Below are positions 41,421-54,011 of a stretch of 64,000 nt of DNA, in pieces. The notes under the pieces are model-generated. The model did no database searches, was not told the origin of the DNA, and saw only the letters and a list, made by a program, of their open reading frames with translations. The stretch is from assembly GCF_009914755.1 (NCBI RefSeq), contig NC_060931.1. One strand, 5' to 3'. Each line of letters opens with the position of its first letter. Positions within the stretch are counted from its first letter, which is position 1. The stretch is from the human T2T-CHM13v2.0 reference genome, Homo sapiens. The position numbers and the translations under genes are program-made.

Positions 41421-42829
41421 AGCGTTGGAAGCACCATGGAGTGTCTGCACTGGCCCAAGGGAGAAGGAAGGTGGAATAGAAGGAAAGGAAGAAGTGTCTC
41501 AAGGGATCAGCTCATGCATCAGAAAACACACAAACGAAAAGCAGAATCTCGCTCTCCACAGCGGTGGAGGCCGCAGTAAGGAGATGGTGTGGGCACGGCC
41601 AGTTTAAGAAGCTGCCTTCATGGGCATCCCAGGATGGGCCCGGTCTCCAATGCCAGAGCTGAGCTGGCAGCTGGCACGACCCCTCCGCTTCTAATGAAGG
41701 CAGGCCCTGAGGCCGGAGAGAGAGGAGCAGAAAGGCTGCATGCAGGCTTCCATGCTGGGCTCTCCACCCCCAGGCCGGGGAGGGAGGGAGGCACTTGCTC
41801 CTCCAGACACCGCACTAAAGCCACTGCCAGCAGCCAGGGTGGCGGCCACTGCCGAAGGGGCTGGGCTGCAGCACGGTGGCTGGGAGAGTGATGGAGTGGC
41901 CTTTAATTGTTTGTCCTTTGAAACCCGGGAAGTGTTGGCAACAAAATGAGACTAGAGAGGCTGCTGGCAGGGACATGACGGGCTGGAGTAGAAGCTTCTA
42001 CCTCCTAAATGGTTAAATGGCTGGTCTGCCAAGGCCACCAAGCAAAGTGGTACTTCACCACGGGGCAGATTAAAATATGCATTTTCTCCTAATTGAGCAT
42101 AGTGAAATCAGCCGGCGGTCCTGTCACAAGTGCAGGAATGAATTGTCACAGCACGACACACACGACTCGACAGAGCATCTATTATATGGGGAAAAGAGCC
42201 ACATAAACTTCCTTCCCGCTGGAATTTCAACTAATTTGTTGTCCAGCGGGCTGGGATGTGGAAGCTTGGAGAAGGCTACGGGAAATGGTCACCCATCCGT
42301 CCCTATTTCCCCAACAGCATCAGATGATCCAGTTGTGGCATCTTGTGCTTATAACGTACCATGGCAAGGTCTGGTTGCCAAATTGGCAAGAGAGCTAAAG
42401 GCTCTTGTATATGATTACCCTTTTGGGTTGTGTCAATCTGTGTTTTGTATCCAGTGTGGTTGTAGGGCATATGCATTTGAGGCAAATTCTATTTTTCCCA
42501 CTGCCTTCCATTATAAAATTAGAAGTGTGTTCTTAGAAGAAAACTGAAAATCTCATGACAGTCTACCCTATTCAAGACTCTGAGAGCCAGTGAGGGCAGA
42601 GGGCAAGGTGAAAGCCTACGTGTCTCACGCAGATTTCTGGGGGATGCTGACATGCTCGGCCATGAAAGCTGCCACCACAAGAAGAGGAGAAGCTCAGTCC
42701 TGCTCAGGTGCCCTGTGGCTGGAGCCATCTGTTATGAGGCTTCTGTTATCCACTGGAGCATCTGTTGTAAGGTGGGCTTCCTGCTAAATTGACATCAAGC
42801 CTCTGCAACAGACAGAACCTGTGTTCTCC

Positions 42830-43128
42830 TTTTTTTTTTTTTTTTTTTTTGAGACGGAGTCTCTCTCTGTCGCCAGGCTGGGGTGCAGCGGTGCGATCTT
42901 GACTCACTACAACCTCCACCTCCCAGTTCAAGCAATTCTCCTGCCTTAGCCTCCTGAGTAGCTGGCACTACAGGTGTGCGCCACCACACCCAGCTAATTT
43001 TTGTATTTTTAGTAGAGACAGGGTTTCACCATGTTGGCCAGGATGGTCACAATCTCTTGACAACATGATCTGCCTGCCTCAGCCTCCCAAAGTGCTGGGA
43101 TTACAGGCGTGAGCCACCACGCCCGGCC
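42830..43128 (-). mobile_element. Alu (AluSc-like)
   Basis: Poly-T plus full Alu; TSD TGTGTTCTCC (42820-42829 and 43129-43138). Confidence 0.98.
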
Positions 43129-43264
43129 TGTGTTCTCCATTTTTAATGTCACAGTGCTTGACATTTTTGAACACATCTATAATATTTTTCTGTTTTCAAT
43201 ATTTATTTTAAACTGTTTACAGACACTTCACCATCTTAATTCCCCTCAATTTCTCTCTTTGACC

Positions 43265-43670
43265 AAGGCATCCATTTGAATCAATATTCCCATACAACAC
43301 AGGGTCATTGTGGCCCAATGCTGATCTCAAATGAGTAGCAGATGCTCACATGGTTGGCACCCTTTGAGGTCATAGCCAACCAAAACCCACAACTCTTTTT
43401 CACATGAACCACTGGGATTGTGTTTGTGTAGTTTACTCTATGAACCTAAATGCAGGACTTTGCATTTACTTTTATTAGTTTCCTCATCATGGTTTCAGCT
43501 GTGTGTCAGCCTATTGAGAACATTTTGAATCCTGATTGTGTCATCTGTAAAGGAGCTGTTTCTCCTAGATAACAGATGTACTATGTCTACAAACTTGATA
43601 AACATGTCTTCTCTGTACTCAGCTAAATCAACAATAAAAATACTCAACAGAGCCAAGCACGAGCCCCACA
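43265..43670 (-). mobile_element. CR1/L3 LINE fragment
   Basis: GAACCTAAATGCAGGACTTTGCATTTA, CATTTTGAATCCTGATTGTGTCATC, TCTACAAACTTGATAAACATG. Confidence 0.65.
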
Positions 43671-44854
43671 TAGCCTCTAGAAGCTTCTTCCGTTTCTCAG
43701 AACTCTCCTAAGTTACCGAGTCAGCCATCTGCCTGAATTTTTGTGGGAGGGACCATGACAAGCATATGGTGGGCACCTAACAAATATTAGTGGAATAAAT
43801 TCAAAGGAGGAAATTTGAGTTCGCTTATTTTTTAATTAAAAGATATAACCACAGTTTAGGTAAGACTTAGGTGTGATTCCAGGTAACCACATAGAAATAT
43901 GTCTAGGATCCTGATGAATGCATGGCATGTAAGATGTGGCCCACATATGGAAATTCAAATGCACTTTTCACTGAAGATGTAGTTGACGATAATGACCTCT
44001 TTGGTTTCAAGAAATGATTATAGATGAAAATAGAAGATGAATTAGCCTTAATGAGCATGCTTACTTGTTATTCTTCCCTGCTGGTGACATTAGCTGTGTT
44101 CTACCTTTGGTAGCAATGCACACATTGTTACATTTGGGGTCCTGGAGAGTAGATTGCTGAAAGAGCCCACCATGCCACTCTGGGTCCTCATTCCAGAAGG
44201 CCACTGTCAGCTTTCTGGATTCTGCTGCCTTCCTCTGTGAAGAGCTGGGCACCCGGGCTGCCTGAAGCCAGTGGGCCAGGGGAAGCCAGCAGCCGGGGCC
44301 GCAGGCCAGGGAGTCTCTCCTTGAGCATTGCCTCCCCAACAGGACTCAGTGTGAGGTGCTGCCATGCCAGTCATCTCACCCCTGTCCACTGGGACATGAA
44401 TCCTAATGTTACTTGATTTCTAGATATATTTTCTTTGCCCCCCTTCTAATCGGCAGTAAATGCCACTTTCATACTGGGAGATCGATCATAATAACAGTAA
44501 TAATGACAGCCGCCATGCACTGGCTGTTTGGAGTGTGTGTGTGCGTTATGTCATGGCATCCTTGCAGAAATCCTGTAATGGAGGCCGTACTGTTATTCCC
44601 CTTATGAACAGGGGAAGGAAGCTGAGGGAGGGGGTCACTTGCCTAAACCATGAAGCTGAGAAGTGCCTGCTGACTTCACAGTGCCTGCTGGTTGATTTTC
44701 CTGCCGTCTCATTTTACACTGGACATGGTTTGGTTAAATTTAATTGCACAAATAACTTCTGGATTCTCATCACATATCAGGCACTGTGTTAAATGTCACA
44801 GATGTTTCAAGTCAAAAGGCAAAACTCCTACCTGCATGGATCTTAACAACCCAC

Positions 44855-45187
44855 GGAACTAGGTTTTGCTGTGGCAACAACCGCAAACCCTCAATGACTT
44901 AAAATAGCAAAAATGTGTCTCTCATCCATGCTACATGTGCGTTATATCAGCTGGGGACTGTGCACGATTGTCACACAAGGACCAGGCCGACAAAACAGCC
45001 ACCAGTGCAAACACTGAAGGCCTCTGTGGAGAGGGGAAGAGAGAGATATAGATTGCTCACTTCAGGAGTTGAACGTTCATCCCAGAAAGGACACGCACCG
45101 CTCCCACTCCCGCACACTGTCTAGGACAAGTCCGGTCCCCCGACCTGGAGGGGCTTAGAAGTGAATCCTTCTATGATGACCACCATA
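44855..45187 (-). mobile_element. MaLR LTR, MLT1K-like
   Basis: CTAGGTTTTGCTGTGGCAACAAC..CTCAATGACTTAAAATAGCAAA..ATGACCACCATA. Confidence 0.6.
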
Positions 45188-45239
45188 TGGATTAGTCCCA
45201 AGGCTAAGACAAGCACACTAGTCACTGTGACATAAGGCA

Positions 45240-45865
45240 GAATGCAGTGCCTCACAAGATATGAGCCGCAGGTCGAAAAGGTTTGCAGGAATAGAAAATA
45301 ATTTCCCTTGGTGAGATCAGGAGAGGCTTTGGGGAGAAAGGACAGATTTTGGGAGATAAGTGAAATTGCAGTAGGCAAAGATGAGGGTGTGAGGTGGGAT
45401 GAGAACCTAGGGTCAGAGACTAGTAAGAGGAGCGGCCCAAAGACAGGAGCGGGGAGGTGATCTGGAGCGGAGACCAGGTGGGCACAGAAAAAGAAGGAGG
45501 ATGGCTGGGCTGAGCCTGCACGGAGAAAACTGCTCCCAATTTCATGGTCTTTGGGAGGTGCTGGAGGTGGCAGCTGTGACATGATCAGAAGTGCACTTAG
45601 GGAGTTTCTTCAGACAGTGGCTCGGACAGGAGTTGGAGGTTGTGGTTGCAGGGGCAGGTGGGAGGCTGTCACAGTATCTCGGGTGGGAGAGGAGGGCCTA
45701 GGTTAGGGGTGCTGATGAGGATGGAAAGTAGGGGAAGGGTCTGAGACATGACGTGGAAAGAAAACCCAGAGAACCCCAGAATCAGAGATGCTAGAATGTT
45801 AGATAACTTAATGTTATTGGGGCATGTGGGTGAAGGAAAGAAAATGCCCCGATTCCAAGCCTACA
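45240..45865 (-). mobile_element. L2 LINE fragment
   Basis: Purine-rich GGTGAGATCAGGAGAGGCTT, TGACATGATCAGAAGTGCAC, GGAGGCTGTCACAGTATCTCGGGTGGGAG. Confidence 0.55.
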
Positions 45866-46549
45866 CGAAGTACTTGGATGACATCCATGATTCTCTCCGA
45901 GAAGCCACGAGTGACATCCCCAGCAGGGTCAAGCCAAGTCTCACTTTGGTAGATGACAACAGGCCCCTGGTCCCAGAGATGTCCTATTCGGGCAAGAGCT
46001 TTCTGCCAAACCTGTCAAATATTTTCCTCTCCAAGGAGCATTTGAGTTAATTCACTATTTATTTACTAAATGTGCTGTAGAATATGTGTGGTAACACTGG
46101 GACATTGACACTGACCATGAAAAATTCTTTTACAACCTATACTTTCTTCAGGCCCCTAAGCATAGGGGCCTGAAGCTGATAAAAATATGCTTCCTGTATG
46201 CCTTGGACTTAGAAACATACTTATTTTTAAAAATGTATTCTTAGAGACTTTAAGGAGCTACAACATGTTGGCAAGTTTATTCTACATGCACAAGCAAGAA
46301 TTCAATTCAGGAAACTTGCAATAGGTAATAGAGTGTTCTGCAGCGTCTGTACCATGTTATACACTGGTCACCATCATGAAGTCCAAGGTCTAATTAACCC
46401 TTCCCACATGTAACTAAAATCAAAATCCACCAGAGCTAAGGTTATTTTAATTTTTATATGGCATGCACACATCAGAGAAGCTCAGCAAATACCTGCATCT
46501 AATCTGCCTGCATAGCAGGTGTATCTATAAATGTTTAGGATCTGCTTTT

Positions 46550-47204
46550 TTAAAAATATATATATATTTTTATTATACTTTAAGTTCTAGGGTACATGTG
46601 CACAACGTGCAGGTTTGTTACAAATGTATACATGTGCCATGTTGGTGTGCTGCACCCATTAACTCATCATTTACATTAGGTATATCTCCTAATGCTATCC
46701 CTTCCCCCTCCTCCCACCCCACAACAGGCCCCAGTGTGTGGTGTTCCCCTTCCCGTGTCCAAGTGTTCTCATTGTTCAATTCCCACCTATGAGTGAGAAC
46801 ATGCGGTGTTTGGTTTTTTGTCCTTGCGATAGTTTGCTGAGAATGATGGTTTCCAGCTTCATCCATGTCCCTAAAAAGGACATGAACTCATCCTTTTTTA
46901 TGGCTGCATAGCATTCCATGGTGTATATGTGCCACATTTTCTTAATCCAGTCTATCATTGATGGACATTTGGGTCGGTTCCAAGTCTTTGCTATTGTGAA
47001 TAGTGCCGCAATAAACATACGTGTGCATGTGTCTTTATAGCAGCATGATTTATAGTCCTTTGGGTATATATCCAGTAATGGGATGGCTGGGTCAAATGGT
47101 ATTTCTAGTTCTAGATCCCTGAGGAATCGCCACACTGTCTTCCACAATGGTTGAACTAGTTTACAGTCCCACCAACAGTGTAAAAGTGTTCCTATTTCTC
47201 CACA
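46550..47204 (-). mobile_element. L1PA (younger primate, ~L1PA4-6-like) 3' end, 5'-truncated
   Basis: TTATACTTTAAGTTCTAGGGTACATGTGCACAACGTGCAGG; intact ORF2 C-terminus; 14-bp TSD TAGGATCTGCTTTT (46536-46549 and 47205-47218). Confidence 0.98.
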
Positions 47205-47454
47205 TAGGATCTGCTTTTCATTGAATATAAAGGTTCTGTTAGTTATATGCATCAGTAAACATATTTTAATGCTTTTATGTTGTTTATCTTATTGTTAGAT
47301 CAAGAATTTCAGAGAGTTTAGTAAACAGGAGAATGCTAGAGTTATGCATCAGCTTTCTCTTGGGATTTTTTTTCTTTTTTACATATGGCAAACAAGCATA
47401 TTGATTCTCTACCTAAGGAAGTGGTTCTTGGAACTCAAGCCACAGGCGCCATAT

Positions 47455-47555
47455 AAGGTCTTGCTGCTTAGGGTGTGGTCCATGAACCAACAGCATCAGC
47501 ATGCCTCAGAGCTCCTTAGGAATGCAGAATTTTGGGCCCCACCTCAGACCTACTG
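47455..47555. mobile_element. MER5A-like MITE, one half only
   Basis: GTGTGGTCCATGAACCAACAGCATCAGCAT..TTAGGAATGCAGAATTTTGGGCCCCACCTCAGACCTACTG. Confidence 0.75.
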
Positions 47556-47566
47556 CGGCAGTGGGT

Positions 47567-47760
47567 CATGACACAGTGGACTTTGGGGACTCTGGAGGAA
47601 AGGCTGGGAAGGGGGTGACGGATAAAAGACTACAAATTGGGTTCAGTGTATACTGCTGGGTGATGGGTGCACCAAAATCTCACAATCGCCACTAAAGAAC
47701 TTACGCATGTAACCACACACCACCTGTTGCCCAAAAACCTATAGAAATAAAGAAAAAAGA
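47567..47760 (+). mobile_element. L1PB-like 3' end
   Basis: GGACTTTGGGGACTC..GGATAAAAGACTACAAATTGGGTTCAGTGTATACTGCT.GGTGATGGGTGCACCAAAATCTCA..AATAAA. Confidence 0.88.
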
Positions 47761-48942
47761 ACTAATGTGTTCATGAGGATTACTAATCCCAATGTCAAAT
47801 GGAACACGTTAATTGCATGTGACTAAACTAATAGAGGACTTAAAAATATAGAACGAAACCAAGACAAGAGAGAGTTTAAAGTGAGAGAACATTTCTCCAG
47901 TTCACAACCAAATTCAGTCTTTGTTAAGAAATCGATTTTTCATCTTGAAGAATGAAACAATTCCTTTAGTCTCCCTAGAACTGTATCATTATTAATTATT
48001 CTTTTTTGGAACAAGTTACAGCTGTCTGCTATCCCCCATGGCCAGACAGACTCTCCCACGTCTGAGTGTCCATGTTTGTGCATCGTCTTCTCTCCCTTGT
48101 ACTACTGTCTCATACTATTCCTTCCCGAAGGCAAGGACCATGCCTTCTTGACTTCTGTGTCACCAACAGAGCTCAGGCTCCGGTGATGGGCAGTTCATTC
48201 ATTTTTAGAAAAAAATCACAGCCGAGAGGAGAGTGACTGATAAATAAAGGCGGAAGAAAATGGGACATTTCATACTCATATTTGAAAAAACAAAAAACAA
48301 GATCTGCCTGCCTGCAGGTAATTTGTGTGTACGCTGAAGTCTGGGAGACATTGACAAAAGGGACCCATACAGAAAGTGCACTAAAGAAAGTTACGTGACA
48401 ATATGACCTGCAACAAGCCAGAAGCTCAGCTGAACTTATGGGTCTCTTGAAATTCAAGAGCTTTGCACTGCCTCATATCATTATTGCTTTGCTCTCTTTC
48501 CACCTGGCATTTCTTTGACAAAGTTGTCACTGTCTGATATCTTTTTTCCTGCCTATCAGGAAGATGCGATTCTTCTCGGAAGATTGACATAATTTTTTCT
48601 ATGCATGCCCATTTTGTCTCTTTAGTTTCCTTGGAAGATCTTGGAAAGCAAGGACCCTTCAGTCTTTCTAGACTAGTTTTCTAAACTAGTAGACCATTCT
48701 AGTGCCCCATTTAGAATCTTCTACTTTTAAATGGTTAGAGATGATCCAGTTTGCATAGCATTCCTCAGACTTTTGAAATTCATGACTTATTTTGAAAAAA
48801 AAAAAAGATCTCATATCCTATTGTTCAGTGAAAAAAAGCAAAATCCAAAACAGTATTTATAGCATGCTACTCTTCATGTAATAAAGAAGGGGAAATAAGA
48901 AAATACCCAGCTATCTGCTCCCTTGTATAAAGAAATATAAGT

Positions 48943-49312
<370 letters not shown>

Positions 49313-49710
49313 CTACCTACAGGGGGTGAGTGGGAAAGGGGAGGGTTGAGGAGGGAAAGATCCTTCTCTGTATACAGCTTTTTGTACAGATCTGACTCTT
49401 TGACCATAGTAATTATTTACATAACACCCAAACTAAACAAATAATTAAAAGCAACTGGGATGTGGAGGGAACCCAAAATGGAATATAATAAACACTAATA
49501 AAGGAGTCTAACTCTACTGCAAATAAATAAGGTAACCACATTCAAGGAACAGGGAAGAAAATAACTAATCTAAACCACTGTGGAAAACAGTATTCCGCTG
49601 GATGCTGAAAAGCCAAGGGCATGGAACTGTGCATAAACGCTGTGATCAGTTAGTAAAAGCATTTCTCATGGCAGTATGAGCTAGCCGTTCAAAACTACTT
49701 TATATAGATA

Positions 49711-49945
49711 CAGTTGACCCTTGAACAATGCAGGTTTGAACTGCGAGGGTCCACTTATACATGGGCTTTTTTCAACCAGGCGTGGTTTACGGTATTCGAG
49801 GGATTTGAAACCTGCAGAGGCGGAGGGCAGACTTTTCCTCTACTCATGTTGCCCAGGTCTGACTTCGGAACTTGAGTATGCACGAACTTTGGCATGGGTG
49901 AGGGGGTCCTGGAACCAAACCCCTGTGTATACCAAGGGACAACGG
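49711..49945. mobile_element. MER8 (TcMar-Tigger MITE)
   Basis: CAGTTGACCCTTGAACAA..GGGTCCACTTATAC..GGAACCAAACCCC..AGGGACAACGG flanked by TA duplications. Confidence 0.88.
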
Positions 49946-51879
49946 TAGTGGAATTGAACAAATAAGTAAATATATTGTATATGATGAGAGCCAGGGTTTT
50001 CACTGTTGGAGAAAGATGTCACAAATAAGAGAAGAAACAAGTATAAAATGATTTCCTGTGGTATAGCTTAGAATCATGGGTATCACTATGAACTCAAGAT
50101 CTTTAAAGAGGGCAGGAGAGAAGAAGACAGAGGTAGATGGGTATGTTTGTGCAGCTTAGCATGCACACATATATACCTAGCCCTCTGTTTTGAGGGCTTA
50201 AAAGCAATACCATTCCAATAACAATGGACCCATCTACAACATAGATCTTGGTCTCTCCACACCATTCTCCTGTAAAAGGAACCAGGAATCGTGAAGAAGT
50301 GGCTGATTCCCAAGCCAGGACATGGAAAACACAAGGTCAGTCTGAAACATCTTGTGGTGCCAGAAAATAAGAAAATGCTCAAAATAAAGATAAGAGTCTG
50401 TCAAAAGAGCTCGGGAACCAATGTGAAAGAGCGAAGAGCTGAGACGATCTGAGCAGCAAGATAAAGATAGCGTTACATTTTAAGCTAGACTAAAAACATC
50501 CACAAATACAATAATTAAACATCCACACTGATATGAATAAACAAACAAAAACCACATAAATAATGAAGGAGAAAAGACAGCGCTTCTGCACAGTGGAACG
50601 CCAATGAATACATGTAGAAGGGAAGAGGACAGGACTCCACAGAGTGAGCACTGCAGACAAGATCTGCTGAGGGATGCTAGCACTGGTGAGTGAAAGCTGG
50701 AGGACAAACAGGCCATGCCTAGTCTCAAAGCGTCAGCCTAGATACTTATCCACTGCAAAGGGAAAGATAATAACTTGACAGTGAGAAACCCAGCAGACAC
50801 CACCTTAATCAAGTGACCAAGATCAATGTCACCAGTTATAAGATGTGGCTCTCATGAACCCCTTGAATGATGCACTGAGGAAGATGTGCCATGATTTTTG
50901 TGTATTCTCACCAAAAAGGCATAACCTTACCCCACTCATGAGAATGCACAAACAAACCCAAACTGAGGGATATTCTCCTGTGGAACCGATCCATTTTCTT
51001 CCAAAGTGTCAGGGTCATGAAAGTAAAGGAGAGACCATGGAACCGTTACCCAGTGGAGGAGAAGAAGGAGAAATACAGCTAAATGCAATTTAGGATCTTA
51101 GATTAGATCCTGAGCAGAAAAAAAGGACATTAGTGGAAAAAAATTGTGAGTTTCAAATAGGACTGTAGTTCAGTTAGTTACATTGTGCCGATGTTAATTT
51201 CCAGTTCTTAATAGTTGTACTATGGTTATATAAGATGGTGATATCAGGGGAAATGATAGAAGAGATATAAGGAAAGTATATATTACTTTTGCCACTTTTC
51301 TGTAAGTCTAAAATTAGTTCAAAACAAAAATTTCTTTAAAAAAATCCTATGTCCTTTCTTTTAACATTAGATGAGATATGTTGATTGAACTAAATAAAAA
51401 AGGACCAAGCATGGCTTTGTTTTCGAGTTATTTATGTATGCAGATTTCAGCCTTCTGGGTGAGCTTTCCTGCCGCTGAGTATCACAGATTGTTCCAACAC
51501 TCACTTTCATCATTTCCTTCACGAGGAAAGAGGCCCACGAAGGTTAAATGACTTATATGAGGTCACAAAGTCACTTGGAGACAAAATCAGCAGTAGGATC
51601 TCGGTTTCCAGCCCAGTGCAATTTCTGCTCTATCCCGCTGACCTCATTGTTGAGGTAGGTGGTAATGTAAAGGGAAGAGCTACCCCTTATGGGATGTTTC
51701 TTTCTATCAGCCTTTAGAGGGTCAGGTTTATTTGCTGGTGGTAGACTGACAGCCCAACTACTTGATAGAAACCCTACGTTGATGTCAGAATGCTGGACAC
51801 CGCAAAGCTCTGGGAAGCATCTTATAACAACGGCTCAACCATTTCCTCTTCAAATGTACTGCTTAATCACATAAGTTCC

Positions 51880-52249
51880 TGATACGGTTTGGCTGTGTCC
51901 GCACTCAAATCTCATGCTGAATTGCAGTTCCCATTATCCCTATGTGTCCTGGGAAGGACCCGGAGGGAGGTAGTTGAATCAAGGGGGCGGTTACCCTCAT
52001 GCGGTTCTCGTGATAGCAAGTGAGTTCTCACGAGATCTGATGGTTTTATAGAGGCTTTCCCCTCCTTCCCTCTGCACTTCTCGCTGCTGCCACGTCGCAA
52101 AGGAAGTGTTTTCTTCTCCTTCCGCCATGATTATAAATTTCCTGAGGCCTCCCCAGCCCTGCGGAACTGTGAGTCAATTAAATCTTTTTCTTTATAAATT
52201 ACCCAATCGTAGGTATGTCCTTATAGCAGTGTGAGAACCGACTAATACA
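51880..52249 (+). mobile_element. THE1 solo LTR (THE1C/D-like)
   Basis: TGATACGGTTTGGCTGTGTCC..TATAGCAGTGTGAGAACCGACTAATACA; 5-bp TSD GTTCC. Confidence 0.96.
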
Positions 52250-52753
52250 GTTCCTTAGGAAGCCCCTGCTGGGTATGGATGGGGAGTGAAGCAAGGTGGG
52301 CCCAGAAGCTGCCGCTGGCTGAGAGACCATGAAGAAAGTGTATAGAATCTCCACCATCACCAGAGGAAGAGAGCTTGGCAGGAAAGTTACTTCCATGAAT
52401 GGATGAGTTGAAGTGAACAGCGTCTTGGGCAAAACTGAAGGGTAGTTAGTCGGGTTTGTCTCTGGTGGGCTTTCAGCTCCACTCCCTGCATCCCATTCCC
52501 ACATCGTGATGGTCCCCTCATAGGCCCAGGGCTACCACCTTGGAGCATAGGTGGGGATCCTCCAGCCAGGGTCCTTCCTTCACAGGGAGTCAGAGCCCTC
52601 TGCTCCGGAATTGCCCTGCCCCAGGTCGGCCATCTATCAAAAGCCCCACTATCCCCTAAAGACCCACCCTCAAGCAGCAGATGTGCAGCAAGGGAGCCGC
52701 AAATGTCATTCCTGTGACCCCGAAGCAGTCTAGTGTGTTACCTCTCTCAGGGC

Positions 52754-53138
52754 TGCTATGGGCTGAATTGCTTTTCCCCAAAATTTCTATGCTGCTTCCC
52801 TAACCCCCAGCGCCTCAGAATCTAACTCTGGATAGGACCTGTGAATAAGTGATTAAGTTAAAATGGGGTCCTGTGGATGGGCCCTAACCCAATCTGACTG
52901 GTGTCCTTTTAAGAAGAGGAAGAGACACCAGAGATGTGCACACTCAGAGACAAGACACATGAGGACACAGAGACAAGGCGGCTACCTGCAAGCCAGGGAG
53001 AGGGGCCTCGGGGAAGCCAACCCTGCCTACGCCTTGATCTTGGACTTCCAGCCTCCAGAACTGTAAGACAATAAATGCCTGTTGTTTAAGGCCCTGGTCC
53101 GTGGTATTTTGTTATGGCAGCCCTAGCAAATGGATACA
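52754..53138 (+). mobile_element. MaLR solo LTR, MLT1B-like
   Basis: TGCTATGGGCTGAATTG..TAACCCAATCTGACTGGTGTCCTT..TTGGACTTCCAGCCTCCAGAACTG..GTTATGGCAGCCCTAGCAAA. Confidence 0.9.
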
Positions 53139-53319
53139 GGGGTATTTGAAATGTAATTGAGAGAGTTCCTAGGAAATGGAATCACTGCCTTGATTTAGAG
53201 AAATTAATGGAGGAGTTGGCAGTGTCATGACACATGGTGGGAAAGGTGTTTGAGGGCCACTGCTCCTCAGGTCACACTGTGGAGGTGGTCTGCTCTGCCT
53301 GTGCGAGCCAGGGCTGGCT

Positions 53320-53912
53320 GACACAAACACACATGTGCACATACATCCCCCCCCACACACACCACAAACACAGACACACACAGACATAAGCACACACCCA
53401 CACACACCCACCACAAACAGACACATGCGCACATCATACACAAACACAGACACACACAGACCACACACGTCATACACAGACACACCACATGCACATATCA
53501 TACACAAACACACACACCTACCACACACGCTTCATACACAAGCACACACACACCTGCCACACATACGTACACACATACACACCACACATACACATACACA
53601 CATATACACACACTACACACATACACATACACACATATACACACACCACACACATATACACACACCACAAATACACACCACACACAAGTATACACCACAC
53701 ACATACATCCACACACATACATATCACACACACAACACATACATATCACACATAGGCACCCACCACACACATCGCACAAAACATACACACACATAGAAGC
53801 ATATTCACACCCCACACACACCACACACATACACACCACATTGCATGCATATACACACACCACACTCATACACCACACACACATACATATTCACATACAC
53901 ACACACACACGT
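53320..53912 (+). repeat. ~590-bp degenerate CA-rich simple repeat
   Basis: Direct inspection. Confidence 0.97.
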
Positions 53913-54011
53913 GTGTGTTCGCGCTTGGAGTGAGTCCTTGGCGTCGTGAGGCACGCTTCCCAAGACCTTCATTAATTCCCCAAATCGCAATAGTAACAGT
54001 GGAAACATGGC
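53910..54011 (+). repeat. Unique 102-bp segment duplicated in inverted orientation at 56005-56106
   Basis: Gap-free manual alignment, 85/102 identical. Confidence 0.95.
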
